Below are positions 18,088 to 27,424 of a stretch of 36,866 bases of DNA, one piece after another. The notes under the pieces were generated by a model. The model was given only the letters and a program-made list of their open reading frames with translations. It did not search any database and had not been told where the DNA came from. Source of the DNA: Candidatus Curtissbacteria bacterium (lineage in GTDB: Bacteria > Patescibacteriota > Microgenomatia > Curtissbacterales > GWA2-41-24); contig JAUYIQ010000059.1 of NCBI GenBank assembly GCA_030688205.1, positions 1-36,866 on the forward strand. The letters run 5' to 3'. The first letter of the stretch is position 1, and every line of letters starts with the position of its first letter. The translations under genes and the position numbers were made by a program.

Positions 18088-19731
18088 ATGGTCGGATACG
18101 AATGGAAGATAAAATCAAAAGCTCCTGATAAAAAAAATGTAAAATGGCTGCTTACTATACTTGCTAAAAACAGAGGGCTGGATACTGCCAAAAAACTTAA
18201 TGATTTCCTAAACCCGACACTCGAGCAAATTTTAAAAGTTACACCTACCCATTTGGAAAAAGGGCTAAACAGAGTTATTTCAGCTATCAAAAACAAAGAG
18301 AAAATAGCCATATATTGCGATTACGATGCCGACGGTCTAAATGCAGCGGCAATTATGTGGGAGACGCTTTACGATTTAGGTGCAAAAGTTATGCCCTATG
18401 TTCCTCACAGACTCACTGAGGGCTACGGACTTTCAAAACAAGGGATATTAAAGCTCAAAGAAGAACAAAAAATCACACTGATTATAACAGTAGACCAAGG
18501 TGTTACTGCCCTCGAGCAGGTCCAGTACGCCACAAAATTGGGAATTGATGTTGTTATCACAGACCACCATATTCTTCCGGTAAAACAACCCCATCCCTAT
18601 GCACTTGTTCATACTACTGACCTTTGCGGAGCCGGTGTCGCCTGGCGCCTCTGTTGGGAAATAGTTTCTCAGCTGGATCCCACTTACAAAGATAAGTTTT
18701 TAGAAAAACTTGAACTGGCAGCAATTGCAACGATTGCCGATCTGGTTCCTTTAATTGGTGCAAACAGATCAATAGTAAAAATGGGTCTTCTGCAAATCGT
18801 CAAAACAAAAAGGCCAGGATTAAAAGCGCTAATAACAGCAGCAAACATCACATGGCCGGTTGGAACTTATGAAATCGGTCACATAATAGCACCAAGAATA
18901 AATGCGATGGGCAGAATCGAACATGGACTGGACTCCCTTAGACTTCTCTGTACAAAAAGTCAAAAGAAAGCAGACACTCTTGCCCAACTTCTCTCAAAAA
19001 CAAATACCAGAAGACAAGATTTAACAACAAAAGCCATAGAACATGCCAGGTCTTTAGTCGACCCAGAAGTTTTAATAGGAGTTATAGAACACGATACTTG
19101 GCATGAAGGGGTGATCGGCTTAGTTGCCTCCCAACTAGTCGAATCTTTCTGGCGGCCGATGATTGTAATTTCCCGCGGTGTGAAGTTTTCTAAAGGTTCC
19201 GCCCGCTCTATTCCGGGTTTTAACATAATAGAAGCAATAAGAGCATCAAGCCAATACTTAGTAGATGCAGGCGGTCACCCGATGGCTGCCGGTTTCACCA
19301 TAGAAACGGAGCAAATAGAAATTTTTAAAAACAGTATCACCAAATACGCAAAAACAATTATTACCGAGGAAATTTTGGAAAGGAAGCTGGAAGCAGAATG
19401 TGAGTTGGAATCAGGGGACATAAATATGGAAAATCTAAAAACCATAGAAGTATTCGAACCATTCGGAATCGCCAACCCCCTGCCTCTTTTTGTTACAAAA
19501 AATATGACAGTTGAAGACGTGAGAGGAGTAGGACTCCAAAACAAACACCTCAAACTCCAAGTAGACGGTATCAGCGCAATCGGTTTCAACCTGGGCGAAC
19601 TACGTACCCAACTGCGTCCCGGACACAAAGTCGACCTTGCCTACACACTGGCTGTTGATCGCTATGCAGGCGACGGCAGCATCCAGCTAAAAGTAAAAGA
19701 CCTGAAAGTTGCAAACCACCAAATACAATAA
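18088..19731 (+). CDS. recJ: ssDNA exonuclease RecJ
   Basis: DYDADG, RLTEGYGL, TVDQG, ITDHH, TIADLVPL, PRINAMGR, GSARS, GGHPMAAG, EPFGIANP. Confidence 0.97.
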   Translation: MVGYEWKIKSKAPDKKNVKWLLTILAKNRGLDTAKKLNDFLNPTLEQILKVTPTHLEKGLNRVISAIKNKEKIAIYCDYDADGLNAAAIMWETLYDLGAKVMPYVPHRLTEGYGLSKQGILKLKEEQKITLIITVDQGVTALEQVQYATKLGIDVVITDHHILPVKQPHPYALVHTTDLCGAGVAWRLCWEIVSQLDPTYKDKFLEKLELAAIATIADLVPLIGANRSIVKMGLLQIVKTKRPGLKALITAANITWPVGTYEIGHIIAPRINAMGRIEHGLDSLRLLCTKSQKKADTLAQLLSKTNTRRQDLTTKAIEHARSLVDPEVLIGVIEHDTWHEGVIGLVASQLVESFWRPMIVISRGVKFSKGSARSIPGFNIIEAIRASSQYLVDAGGHPMAAGFTIETEQIEIFKNSITKYAKTIITEEILERKLEAECELESGDINMENLKTIEVFEPFGIANPLPLFVTKNMTVEDVRGVGLQNKHLKLQVDGISAIGFNLGELRTQLRPGHKVDLAYTLAVDRYAGDGSIQLKVKDLKVANHQIQ

Positions 19732-19774
19732 AAAGAGATGACAGAAATAGGGAGTTTAGTTTAGAATAGGCTCT

Positions 19775-21154
19775 ATGAATCGCACACTTGCTGCAGATTG
19801 CAACGAACATATCGGCAAAAAAGTAACCCTGATGGGTTGGATTAATACTATTAGGGATCATGGCAAAATCTCTTTTTACGATCTTCGGGACATTTCCGGC
19901 ATAATCCAAACAGTAGCCAAAAAACAATACGAAGTCGGCCACGAATATGTTGTAAAAATCGAAGGTGTAGTAAAAAAACGACCCGAAAATCTTATCAACA
20001 AAAATATTCCAACCGGGGAAATCGAGCTTGAGATTGAATCCTTGGAAGTAATTAGCGTTGCGCAAACTCTGCCTATTCCTATAGAAGGTGATGGTTATGA
20101 TATCGATGAGAAGCTCCGTCTTAAATACCGCTACCTCGATCTTAGAAGACAAAGGCTGCAGACAAATTTGAAACTTAGGTTTCAAATGCTATCTTTTATG
20201 AGACAATTTTTAGCAAGCAATGGATTTACGGAAATTGAAACACCAATTCTCACCAAAACTACTCCGGAAGGCGCACGGGACTTTTTAGTTCCATCTCGTC
20301 TTCAACCGGGGAACTTTTATGCATTACCCCAATCTCCACAGCAATACAAGCAACTGCTTATGGTCGCCGGTCTTGATAGATATTTTCAAATTGCAAGATG
20401 TTTTAGAGATGAAGATCCGAGAGCAGATAGAGCATATGGCGAATTCTCTCAACTTGATATAGAGATGTCTTTTGTCGAGCAGGAAGACATTTTAAAATTA
20501 ACAGAAGAACTTTTTCGTCAGATTACTGAAAAAGTATTCAAAAAGAAAGTTTTAGAATATCCTTTTCCAAGAATCAGTCACAAAGATGCTCTGGAAAAAT
20601 ATGGAGTAGACAAATTCGACTTGCGGAAAGACAAAGATCCAAATGTTTTGGCTTTTGCATTTGTTGTCGATTTCCCGCTTTTCACCGAGCAAACAAAAGA
20701 GGATTTCTATTACGGCTCCGGGTCGGCGAAATTTGCACCGTCCCACCATATGTTTACTGCTCCACATCCCGACGATATACCACTGTTGGATTCTAATCCG
20801 GCAAAAGTAAGAGGTCTGCAGCACGATTTAGTATGTAACGGTTACGAAGTTGGTGGAGGCAGTATCAGAATACATCAGAGAGAAATCCAGGAAAAGATTT
20901 TTAATCTAATTGGTTTTTCTACCGAACAAAAAGAACAGTTCAACCACATGTTGGAAGCCTTCACTTATGGAGTTCCTCCTCACGGTGGAATAGCACCCGG
21001 AATTGAAAGACTTCTAATGGTAGCAACTGGCGAAGAGAACACCAGAGAAGTTATGGCTTTTCCAATGACAGGTTCCGGTCAAACCGCAGTTATGAATGCT
21101 CCAAGTGCAGCAGACCCCAAAATCCTCAAAGAGCTAAAGCTTAAAATATCGTGA
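19775..21154 (+). CDS. aspS: Aspartyl-tRNA synthetase, bacterial type lacking the GAD domain
   Basis: RLKYRYLDLRR, TPEGARDFLVPSR, ALPQSPQQYKQLLM, ARCFRDED, GGGSIRIH, PPHGGIAPGIER; only 459 aa. Confidence 0.95.
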   Translation: MNRTLAADCNEHIGKKVTLMGWINTIRDHGKISFYDLRDISGIIQTVAKKQYEVGHEYVVKIEGVVKKRPENLINKNIPTGEIELEIESLEVISVAQTLPIPIEGDGYDIDEKLRLKYRYLDLRRQRLQTNLKLRFQMLSFMRQFLASNGFTEIETPILTKTTPEGARDFLVPSRLQPGNFYALPQSPQQYKQLLMVAGLDRYFQIARCFRDEDPRADRAYGEFSQLDIEMSFVEQEDILKLTEELFRQITEKVFKKKVLEYPFPRISHKDALEKYGVDKFDLRKDKDPNVLAFAFVVDFPLFTEQTKEDFYYGSGSAKFAPSHHMFTAPHPDDIPLLDSNPAKVRGLQHDLVCNGYEVGGGSIRIHQREIQEKIFNLIGFSTEQKEQFNHMLEAFTYGVPPHGGIAPGIERLLMVATGEENTREVMAFPMTGSGQTAVMNAPSAADPKILKELKLKIS

Positions 21155-22056
21155 AATTTGTTCGCGTTGCTGTAGTTTTATTAATTCTCACTGCAATAGC
21201 AATCTTCATTTTTTTACAAAACAGCAAAAATGTACCCCCAGAAGTACAAAAATATATAAAAAAAGAAGACATCCCAAAAATTTATCCATATCCGGTCAGA
21301 GTTCAAAATTTCACAGACGTTGCGCCAATCACATCAAAAGCAGCTGTTGTACTTGATGTAAAAACCGGAGTTACTCTTTTCGAAAAGAACGCAAGTATCC
21401 GGCAACTGCCGGCATCGACAACAAAATTAATGACTGCTCTTGTGGCTTTGGAAAAATGCACACCCGACCAAATTATTACTGTGCAGGCATATCATCCTGA
21501 ACCCACACAAATGGGCCTGACAACAGGAGATACGTTAACAATGCAGTCTCTTTTGTATGGTCTTTTAATAAACTCCGGAAACGATGCGGCATCTGTACTT
21601 TCATATTCATGTGCATCGTCCGCGGAAAACTTCGTTTTACAAATGAACCAAAAAGCGCTGGAGATAGAAATGAAAAATACTCACTTTGCCAACCCCGAAG
21701 GATTTGATGATCCCATGCAATACTCAACCGCAAAAGATTTAGCAAAATTAGCGAGAGTTGCTGTCGCAAATCCGCTTATTTCAAAAATTGTTGCAACCAA
21801 AAGTACTGTGGTAACAGACACAAGTGGCACAAAAACTTATTACTTGGAAAACATTAACAAATTATTAGGAAGTGTCGATGGCGTTGAAGGAATTAAAACA
21901 GGACAAACAACACTTGCTCAAGAAATTCTGATAACCAAAACAACACGGGATGGAAATACAGTTTTAATAGTTATTTTGGGATCACTGGACAGATTTACAG
22001 AATCAAAAAACCTTATCGAATGGACCTTTGCCAATCACACATGGATAAAACCTTAA
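21151..22056 (+). CDS. D-alanyl-D-alanine carboxypeptidase (peptidase S11)
   Basis: PASTTKLMT (SxxK), SGNDA (SxN), GIKTG (KTG); N-terminal anchor. Confidence 0.93.
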   Translation: MKFVRVAVVLLILTAIAIFIFLQNSKNVPPEVQKYIKKEDIPKIYPYPVRVQNFTDVAPITSKAAVVLDVKTGVTLFEKNASIRQLPASTTKLMTALVALEKCTPDQIITVQAYHPEPTQMGLTTGDTLTMQSLLYGLLINSGNDAASVLSYSCASSAENFVLQMNQKALEIEMKNTHFANPEGFDDPMQYSTAKDLAKLARVAVANPLISKIVATKSTVVTDTSGTKTYYLENINKLLGSVDGVEGIKTGQTTLAQEILITKTTRDGNTVLIVILGSLDRFTESKNLIEWTFANHTWIKP

Positions 22057-22063
22057 TAAATTC

Positions 22064-23095
22064 TTATTTAAGCCACTTCTCATCAACGGCGCCCACATAC
22101 CCAACTTGCTCGTCTAAGCTGTAAAAAAGATAAACCGGTTCCAAATATTGTTGATTGGTGGAGCTTTCGATATATCCGAGCCTTACATCCGAAATTACGA
22201 CATTGGTTGTCGTAAGAGGTTTCACAAAAGCGCCACGACCTGCTTTCAACTCCTCAAACGCTTTTGCAGTACCTTTTAGTGGATAAGTAGCAAAACTGTT
22301 TTTCCTAACAGGCAGCAAATTCAAATCTGCAGATACAACTGTTCTTTCAGAAACCAAAACGGTTGCAAGTTCGGATTTGTCCTTGGGCCAAAGCACCGGC
22401 AGTTTATCGATGTCGCCTCGGAAAAAATCAACCCTCACCAAATTGGCGGCGGAAAGACTTGACACCACAGTAAGACTGTTTCCGTCTATTCTTATAAACT
22501 GGGTCCGGATTTTATCTTCAGGAAACTCAGAAACAGAAATGCCGAAGTTTTCAAAAAATTCTCGCGCAGTTTTAACTGCATCCTCAAGACTTGCCGGTCT
22601 TGAGGTAATAATATTTTGGTCGCTGGCAAAGTTGGATCTCAAACTAAAGTTTCCCGTGGTTTTATCTATTGTTAATATTCGACTGCTATTTTGAAGATCA
22701 ACGAATTCTACTTTTCCGCCCTCAGATTCTGACGGTTCACCATCAAATCCGGCACTTGCAGCTTTTGCCTTAATATCTTCAATGGCACCGAAAGAAAGAA
22801 CGCTTGGCGCAATTGCAAACACTTTAGCGTAAGCTGCCAATGTTGGGAGGTCACCGCTTATTGTTTCCAGAGAGTATGTGATACCAACTGTTGGCTTGTA
22901 GCCTTCCGAAATGTCCATTTTAGGCAACTTTCCAAAAGCGACTGTTGCCGGGAGAGGCGGGGGAGGGAAAAGAGCATTTTTAATATTACCCGCTATCCCA
23001 AAAAAAATCATTAAAAAAATTACAGCTGCAATTGCAACAACAACCCAAATAGAAGCTTTTTTGGAAAAAATTGCAGCCTCGGTTAAAGATGACAT
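22064..23095 (-). CDS. Hypothetical membrane-anchored extracytoplasmic protein
   Basis: N-terminal TM, PPP..FGKLP motif, C-terminal YLEPVYLF; no function assignable. Confidence 0.8.
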   Translation of the reverse strand: MSSLTEAAIFSKKASIWVVVAIAAVIFLMIFFGIAGNIKNALFPPPPLPATVAFGKLPKMDISEGYKPTVGITYSLETISGDLPTLAAYAKVFAIAPSVLSFGAIEDIKAKAASAGFDGEPSESEGGKVEFVDLQNSSRILTIDKTTGNFSLRSNFASDQNIITSRPASLEDAVKTAREFFENFGISVSEFPEDKIRTQFIRIDGNSLTVVSSLSAANLVRVDFFRGDIDKLPVLWPKDKSELATVLVSERTVVSADLNLLPVRKNSFATYPLKGTAKAFEELKAGRGAFVKPLTTTNVVISDVRLGYIESSTNQQYLEPVYLFYSLDEQVGYVGAVDEKWLK

Positions 23096-23109
23096 GATAC
23101 AATTTTAAC
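23096..23109. promoter_or_regulatory. 14-bp symmetric bidirectional extended -10 promoter
   Basis: (+) TGa-TACAAT-6 nt-ATG (gltX); (-) TGt-TAAAAT-6 nt-ATG. Confidence 0.72.
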
Positions 23110-24402
23110 ATGTCACAAGTCCGCGTTAGAATAGCCCCGTCACCAACAGGCATTCCCCACATAGGGAATACCAGGACTGTACTTTTCAATTGGTTGTATG
23201 CCAGAAAGAACAATGGCAAGTTCGTTGTAAGGATAGAAGACACGGATCGCAAGCGACAAGTCGCCGGGGCGCAAGACAAAATTCTGGAAATTCTTGAGTT
23301 TTTAGGTCTCTTGTGGGACGAAGGTCCCGAAAAAGGAGGAAATTTCAGTCCATACGTTCAATCCGAAAGAAAAGAGCTTTACAAAAAATATGCAGACGAA
23401 CTTATTGAAAAAGGATTGGCATACGAAGATGAAGGAGCAATAAGGTTTAAAGTCGAAAAAGGAAAAACTTGGAGTTGGCAGGATTTAATTCACGGTGAAA
23501 TTTCTTTTAAATCAGATGTTATCGAAGATTTCGTAATTATGAAATCAGACGGCTTCCCAACTTATCACTTGGGTGTTGTCGTCGATGATCATTTAATGGA
23601 AATTTCAGACGTTCTTCGTGGTGACGAATGGATTTCTTCAACACCGAAGCATTTAATGATTTTTGATGCCTTAGGCTGGAAACCGCCCAAATTCGGCCAC
23701 TTGCCTGTAATAGTCGGTCCGGATAAATCAAAGCTTTCAAAAAGGCACGGAGCAAAATCCGTTCTCGACTATCGCGACGAAGGATATTTACCGGAAGCAC
23801 TAATCAATTTTATGGCTCTTCTCGGATGGTCTGCCCCACCGGAGGTTGCCAGAGGCAAAACAGGGGATAAGGAAAAAGAATTGTTTTCCCTCCAGGAATT
23901 GACTGAAATTTTTTCGATAGACCGCATAAACACAACCAACCCCGTTTTTAATTTAGAAAAATTAAACTGGTTTAATAAAAAATATCTGCAAACCTTACCC
24001 GTCAAAAACTTAAAAGAAAAAATCAAACAGTTTTCAAAAAAAGCCAAAACTTTAGACGACGACAGGTTAACGAAAATCATAAGTCTTGTTCGGGACAGGA
24101 TAACAACACTTACAGACTTCGATAAATATTCCGCGATTTTCTTTGAGAAAGGCAAAGAGAAAGCTCCTGAAAAATCAAAAGTCGAAAACGCAAAACAGGC
24201 AATTGAATCGATAACCGACTGGGATGAAGAGTCTATTAGTCAACTTCTGGACAAATGGATCGAAGAAAAAAATCTACAGGCGGGAGATTTCAAAAACACC
24301 TTAAGGCTTTCAGTTTTTGCGGATAATACCCCACCTATTTATCAATCACTTGCAGTTTTATCTAAAGAGGAAGTTTTAAAAAGAATTCAAGACGCCCTAT
24401 AA
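23110..24402 (+). CDS. gltX: Glutamyl-tRNA synthetase (compact, probably non-discriminating)
   Basis: RIAPSPTG-PHIGN, RIEDTD, PTYH..VVDDHLM, RGDEW, KLSKRHG. Confidence 0.96.
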   Translation: MSQVRVRIAPSPTGIPHIGNTRTVLFNWLYARKNNGKFVVRIEDTDRKRQVAGAQDKILEILEFLGLLWDEGPEKGGNFSPYVQSERKELYKKYADELIEKGLAYEDEGAIRFKVEKGKTWSWQDLIHGEISFKSDVIEDFVIMKSDGFPTYHLGVVVDDHLMEISDVLRGDEWISSTPKHLMIFDALGWKPPKFGHLPVIVGPDKSKLSKRHGAKSVLDYRDEGYLPEALINFMALLGWSAPPEVARGKTGDKEKELFSLQELTEIFSIDRINTTNPVFNLEKLNWFNKKYLQTLPVKNLKEKIKQFSKKAKTLDDDRLTKIISLVRDRITTLTDFDKYSAIFFEKGKEKAPEKSKVENAKQAIESITDWDEESISQLLDKWIEEKNLQAGDFKNTLRLSVFADNTPPIYQSLAVLSKEEVLKRIQDAL

Positions 24403-24453
24403 GCTGCCCTCGAAGCTGTTTTCGAAGCTAAGAAATGATAAAATAATATGCAT

Positions 24454-24524
24454 TGCGGGATCGTCTAACGGTAGGACAACGGCCTCTGAAGCCGTTTATT
24501 TAGGTTCAAATCCTAATCCCGCAG
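24454..24524 (+). tRNA. tRNA-Gln (CUG), CCA not encoded
   Basis: Acceptor TGCGGGA/TCCCGCA + G; D arm GTCT..GGAC; anticodon arm ACGGC-CTCTGAA-GCCGT; T arm TTAGG-TTCAAAT-CCTAA; followed by CAA. Confidence 0.95.
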
Positions 24525-24686
24525 CAAATTTTTGTGACCGAAGGTTACCAAAATTTGCTGGGATTGTTGATTTAAGCTTCTTTAAGTTCACTATTTCGGA
24601 ACACTATTGAAACGACGATTTCAATAGTAGTGTAGAAATACAATGGATCTGCATTTGCAGATCATAAATCCTAATCCCGCAGCAAA
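24508..24686 (+). repeat. 21-bp direct repeat of the tRNA 3' end flanking a hairpin-rich insert (att-like scar)
   Basis: AAATCCTAATCCCGCAGCAAA at 24508-24528 and 24666-24686. Confidence 0.85.
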
Positions 24687-24762
24687 ATTTTATAGCCTCA
24701 ATTTTTATAATCTAGAAAATGGTAGAACGAAGCGGTGAGAGTATCTTTCTAACTTTGAATAG

Positions 24763-26352
24763 TTATAAATTAGCTTCTTTGGGAATTTTATAGAACCCAT
24801 TCTCGAAATCCCTCCACTGTTTTGCTGTGCGCTTGTGAATTTCTGAGGTTTTGATGTAACCATTAGTAAGACCACCGTCGTATCTTTGAATCCTTGTGTA
24901 CTCACGAACTAAATATGGTTCTAACAGCCTAAAATAAAGTCCTCCTTCTGGAAAGTAGACAAAGGTTGGAGGATTATACATCATTAACTCAATTAAGTTC
25001 CTTTTTGATTCTTCCGATTTATAGGACCAATTTAAATATGCATTCTGTTTTCCAGCGAGAGGCAGATCAGAGGTAATATTAAATAGACCTTCAAGTTCAC
25101 CAGCAAGAAGCTTGTCGCCTTCTTGTTTAAGAGTTTTGAATGCTGTTGATAACGATTGTATATCACCGTATTGGATAAAATGTTCTTCATTTTTATCCTT
25201 ACTTTCTCTCCACCATGCAGTGTTGAAAAATAATGCTACTGCAATCAACGTCCCACTTAAAGCCATAAAGACAATCTTTTTCTTAGGTTTATTCCCAATT
25301 TTTTCAATTGCTAGCTTTAAGAGGATTACAGATATTATTGTAAAAGCCCCTAGATGAGGTAACACATGGAATGCAGTATAAAAACCCACATCTATTTTAG
25401 GAATTCTGAGATTCAAGAGCATTAATAATGTGTATAAAAATGCTACCTTTAGAATAAATGGTTTCTTTTTGTTGCTTGTTAAAATTGCACATATTGAAAT
25501 TGCGGATAAAACTATTAAAAACAAGTAGTATTTTGCGACAGGGCCAGAATGATTAAGTAAACTCTGGAATGGATAGATTAATATTGCGAAATGTGATCTG
25601 AAACCCTGCGTTCCCGCTTCATAAGGAAGAAAGTATCTAATATTATCTAGAACTGTGTTATGAAACCAACCTTTAAAATCTATAAAGACAAACATTAATA
25701 TTGTTGGAACCAACACAGACAATAAAACTAGTTTTCTGTCTTCGGGCTTTGCGTGATATAAATAAACGATAGAAGCAAGTGCAAGAAATGGAACAGAGGG
25801 CAACAGACTGAACGCGATTAAGAAAATACATAGTCCAAAGATTATTGGCTCAATTTTTTTAAACAATTGTTTATTTTGCTGTTTTTTCCAAAAAATAACT
25901 TCTGCAGTGTTACCCATAATAAACATAGTTGGATAAAGAGCGATGCTTTCTGCGAGCAGATGATAACCGAACAGCCAAAATGTCACGGTTTCTGTAAGTA
26001 GTACTGAAACCAAACCTAACATGCGAAATTTAATAACTAAAATAAACGCACCAATAAATGATATAACCAGCATGAATTGCCTTACTCTTTCAATAAGCAT
26101 AAAAAGATTTGGAGGGTCCACAGTTTTGAAAAATAAAAAAGAAGCAATTATTGGTATTGGTTGATGGTTCGTTGAAATATCCGTATATAGTTTACTTCCG
26201 TGGTTTGCCATCATCCACCCAGGCGTAAGATGCTCTGACTCGTCACCAAACCTGAATGACTGAGTGTGCTTTCTTAGGTTAGTAAATTGCGCAACGAAAA
26301 ATAGTGATAAAATAATTAATAAGAAAGCGTAAAATTTTTTTTGGGAGAACAT
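24763..26352 (-). CDS. Polytopic membrane protein, possible GT-C glycosyltransferase
   Basis: About 11 TM helices; DE motif after TM1 (FGDESEH) and LYTDISTNHQP; visibly AT-rich. Confidence 0.65.
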   Translation of the reverse strand: MFSQKKFYAFLLIILSLFFVAQFTNLRKHTQSFRFGDESEHLTPGWMMANHGSKLYTDISTNHQPIPIIASFLFFKTVDPPNLFMLIERVRQFMLVISFIGAFILVIKFRMLGLVSVLLTETVTFWLFGYHLLAESIALYPTMFIMGNTAEVIFWKKQQNKQLFKKIEPIIFGLCIFLIAFSLLPSVPFLALASIVYLYHAKPEDRKLVLLSVLVPTILMFVFIDFKGWFHNTVLDNIRYFLPYEAGTQGFRSHFAILIYPFQSLLNHSGPVAKYYLFLIVLSAISICAILTSNKKKPFILKVAFLYTLLMLLNLRIPKIDVGFYTAFHVLPHLGAFTIISVILLKLAIEKIGNKPKKKIVFMALSGTLIAVALFFNTAWWRESKDKNEEHFIQYGDIQSLSTAFKTLKQEGDKLLAGELEGLFNITSDLPLAGKQNAYLNWSYKSEESKRNLIELMMYNPPTFVYFPEGGLYFRLLEPYLVREYTRIQRYDGGLTNGYIKTSEIHKRTAKQWRDFENGFYKIPKEANL

Positions 26353-26430
26353 CGTATTAATTGTAGCAATAACTCTGATTTTTTATAAACTAATTCAGGA
26401 AATTTAACTTGCTCATACCAATCAAAAGTT

Positions 26431-26462
26431 CACTTCTCCGGCTTCGCCGGATCAGTGTAAAC
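26431..26462 (-). repeat. Intergenic REP-like palindrome GTTTACACTGATCCGGCGAAGCCGGAGAAGTG
   Basis: Internal TCCGGC-GAA-GCCGGA hairpin; shares GTTTAC-CTGA...GAAG-G ends with the element at 31738. Confidence 0.65.
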
Positions 26463-26506
26463 AGAAATCATCCACTACTGCTAGCTTTGATATACTGGAA
26501 TAGTAA

Positions 26507-27424
26507 ATGCCTGCTCTATTGCCGATACTCCTAGCTATTATCGTTTCAATTCTAAGCCTTGGCTCGATTCTTCTGAATACCGTCAAAAGCCAAATCACAA
26601 ACGAGCCCGAAGCTCAAGTTTCACCAAGTGCGGAAATTTTACCATCGCCAACACTTACTCCTACGCCACTTCCTTCGTCTCCTCCTTCGTCGGAGCAAGC
26701 AGTGCAAGCAACCCCGACGCCATCAGCCGCACCATCGCCTAAACCGTCAGTGTCTCCCAGTCCAAAACCTGCATCCTCAACAGGTCAAACAACAAATACA
26801 GGTTCTTACACAGTTTTAACCTATGATTTAGGATCAACGACAGTCGTTACCGACACAGCTATTGACGGTGATTGTGCAAGTGATTGCGCCACAAAATCTC
26901 TAGCGGATTACATTTCAACAAATGGTGGAAGAGCCGGCATGAACGGGACATACTTTTGTCCTCCCGATTACTCTTCGTGTGCAGGGAAAGTAAACACCTT
27001 TGATTTTCCTGTCTGGAACAACCGGAATAAAAAATGGATAAACGCCGATAAATTATTCTGGAATGGCAGGGGAATGATGGTATTCCGTTCGGGATCAGCC
27101 CAGTTTCATGCCTGTGCATCCTGCGCTGGAGCACCATCAGACATAACCGGCGGCATTGTTAATTATCCACCCCTTCTTTCCGGTGGAAATGTTTTAGTTA
27201 GTGACGGCGGCAAAGGGACCAGAAGCGGAATCGGCTACGGCGGCGGAAAGCTTTTTCTTGTTGTTGCCAGAAGTGCCAGCTACATGGATCTTGCCAATAT
27301 TTTTAAATCTCTTGGTGCAATCGATGCACTCAACCTGGATGGCGGAGGCTCAGTTGCTCTTTATGACGGCGGCTACAAAGTCGGCCCCGGCCGTTCTCTC
27401 CCAAATGCTGTAATAATCAAATAG
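26507..27424 (+). CDS. Phosphodiester glycosidase (NAGPA/DUF2233-like) with Pro/Ser/Thr linker
   Basis: AGMNGTYF, TRSGIG, ALNLDGGGS, RSLPNAVI; N-terminal TM. Confidence 0.82.
   Translation: MPALLPILLAIIVSILSLGSILLNTVKSQITNEPEAQVSPSAEILPSPTLTPTPLPSSPPSSEQAVQATPTPSAAPSPKPSVSPSPKPASSTGQTTNTGSYTVLTYDLGSTTVVTDTAIDGDCASDCATKSLADYISTNGGRAGMNGTYFCPPDYSSCAGKVNTFDFPVWNNRNKKWINADKLFWNGRGMMVFRSGSAQFHACASCAGAPSDITGGIVNYPPLLSGGNVLVSDGGKGTRSGIGYGGGKLFLVVARSASYMDLANIFKSLGAIDALNLDGGGSVALYDGGYKVGPGRSLPNAVIIK

Noticed and set aside
24401-24430. AAGCT repeated at 12-bp period after gltX
   Set aside because: Only 2.5 short degenerate units; no supportable function.
24693-24703. TAGCCTCAATT also present at 10642
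   Set aside because: One 11-mer match in 37 kb of AT-rich DNA is compatible with chance.
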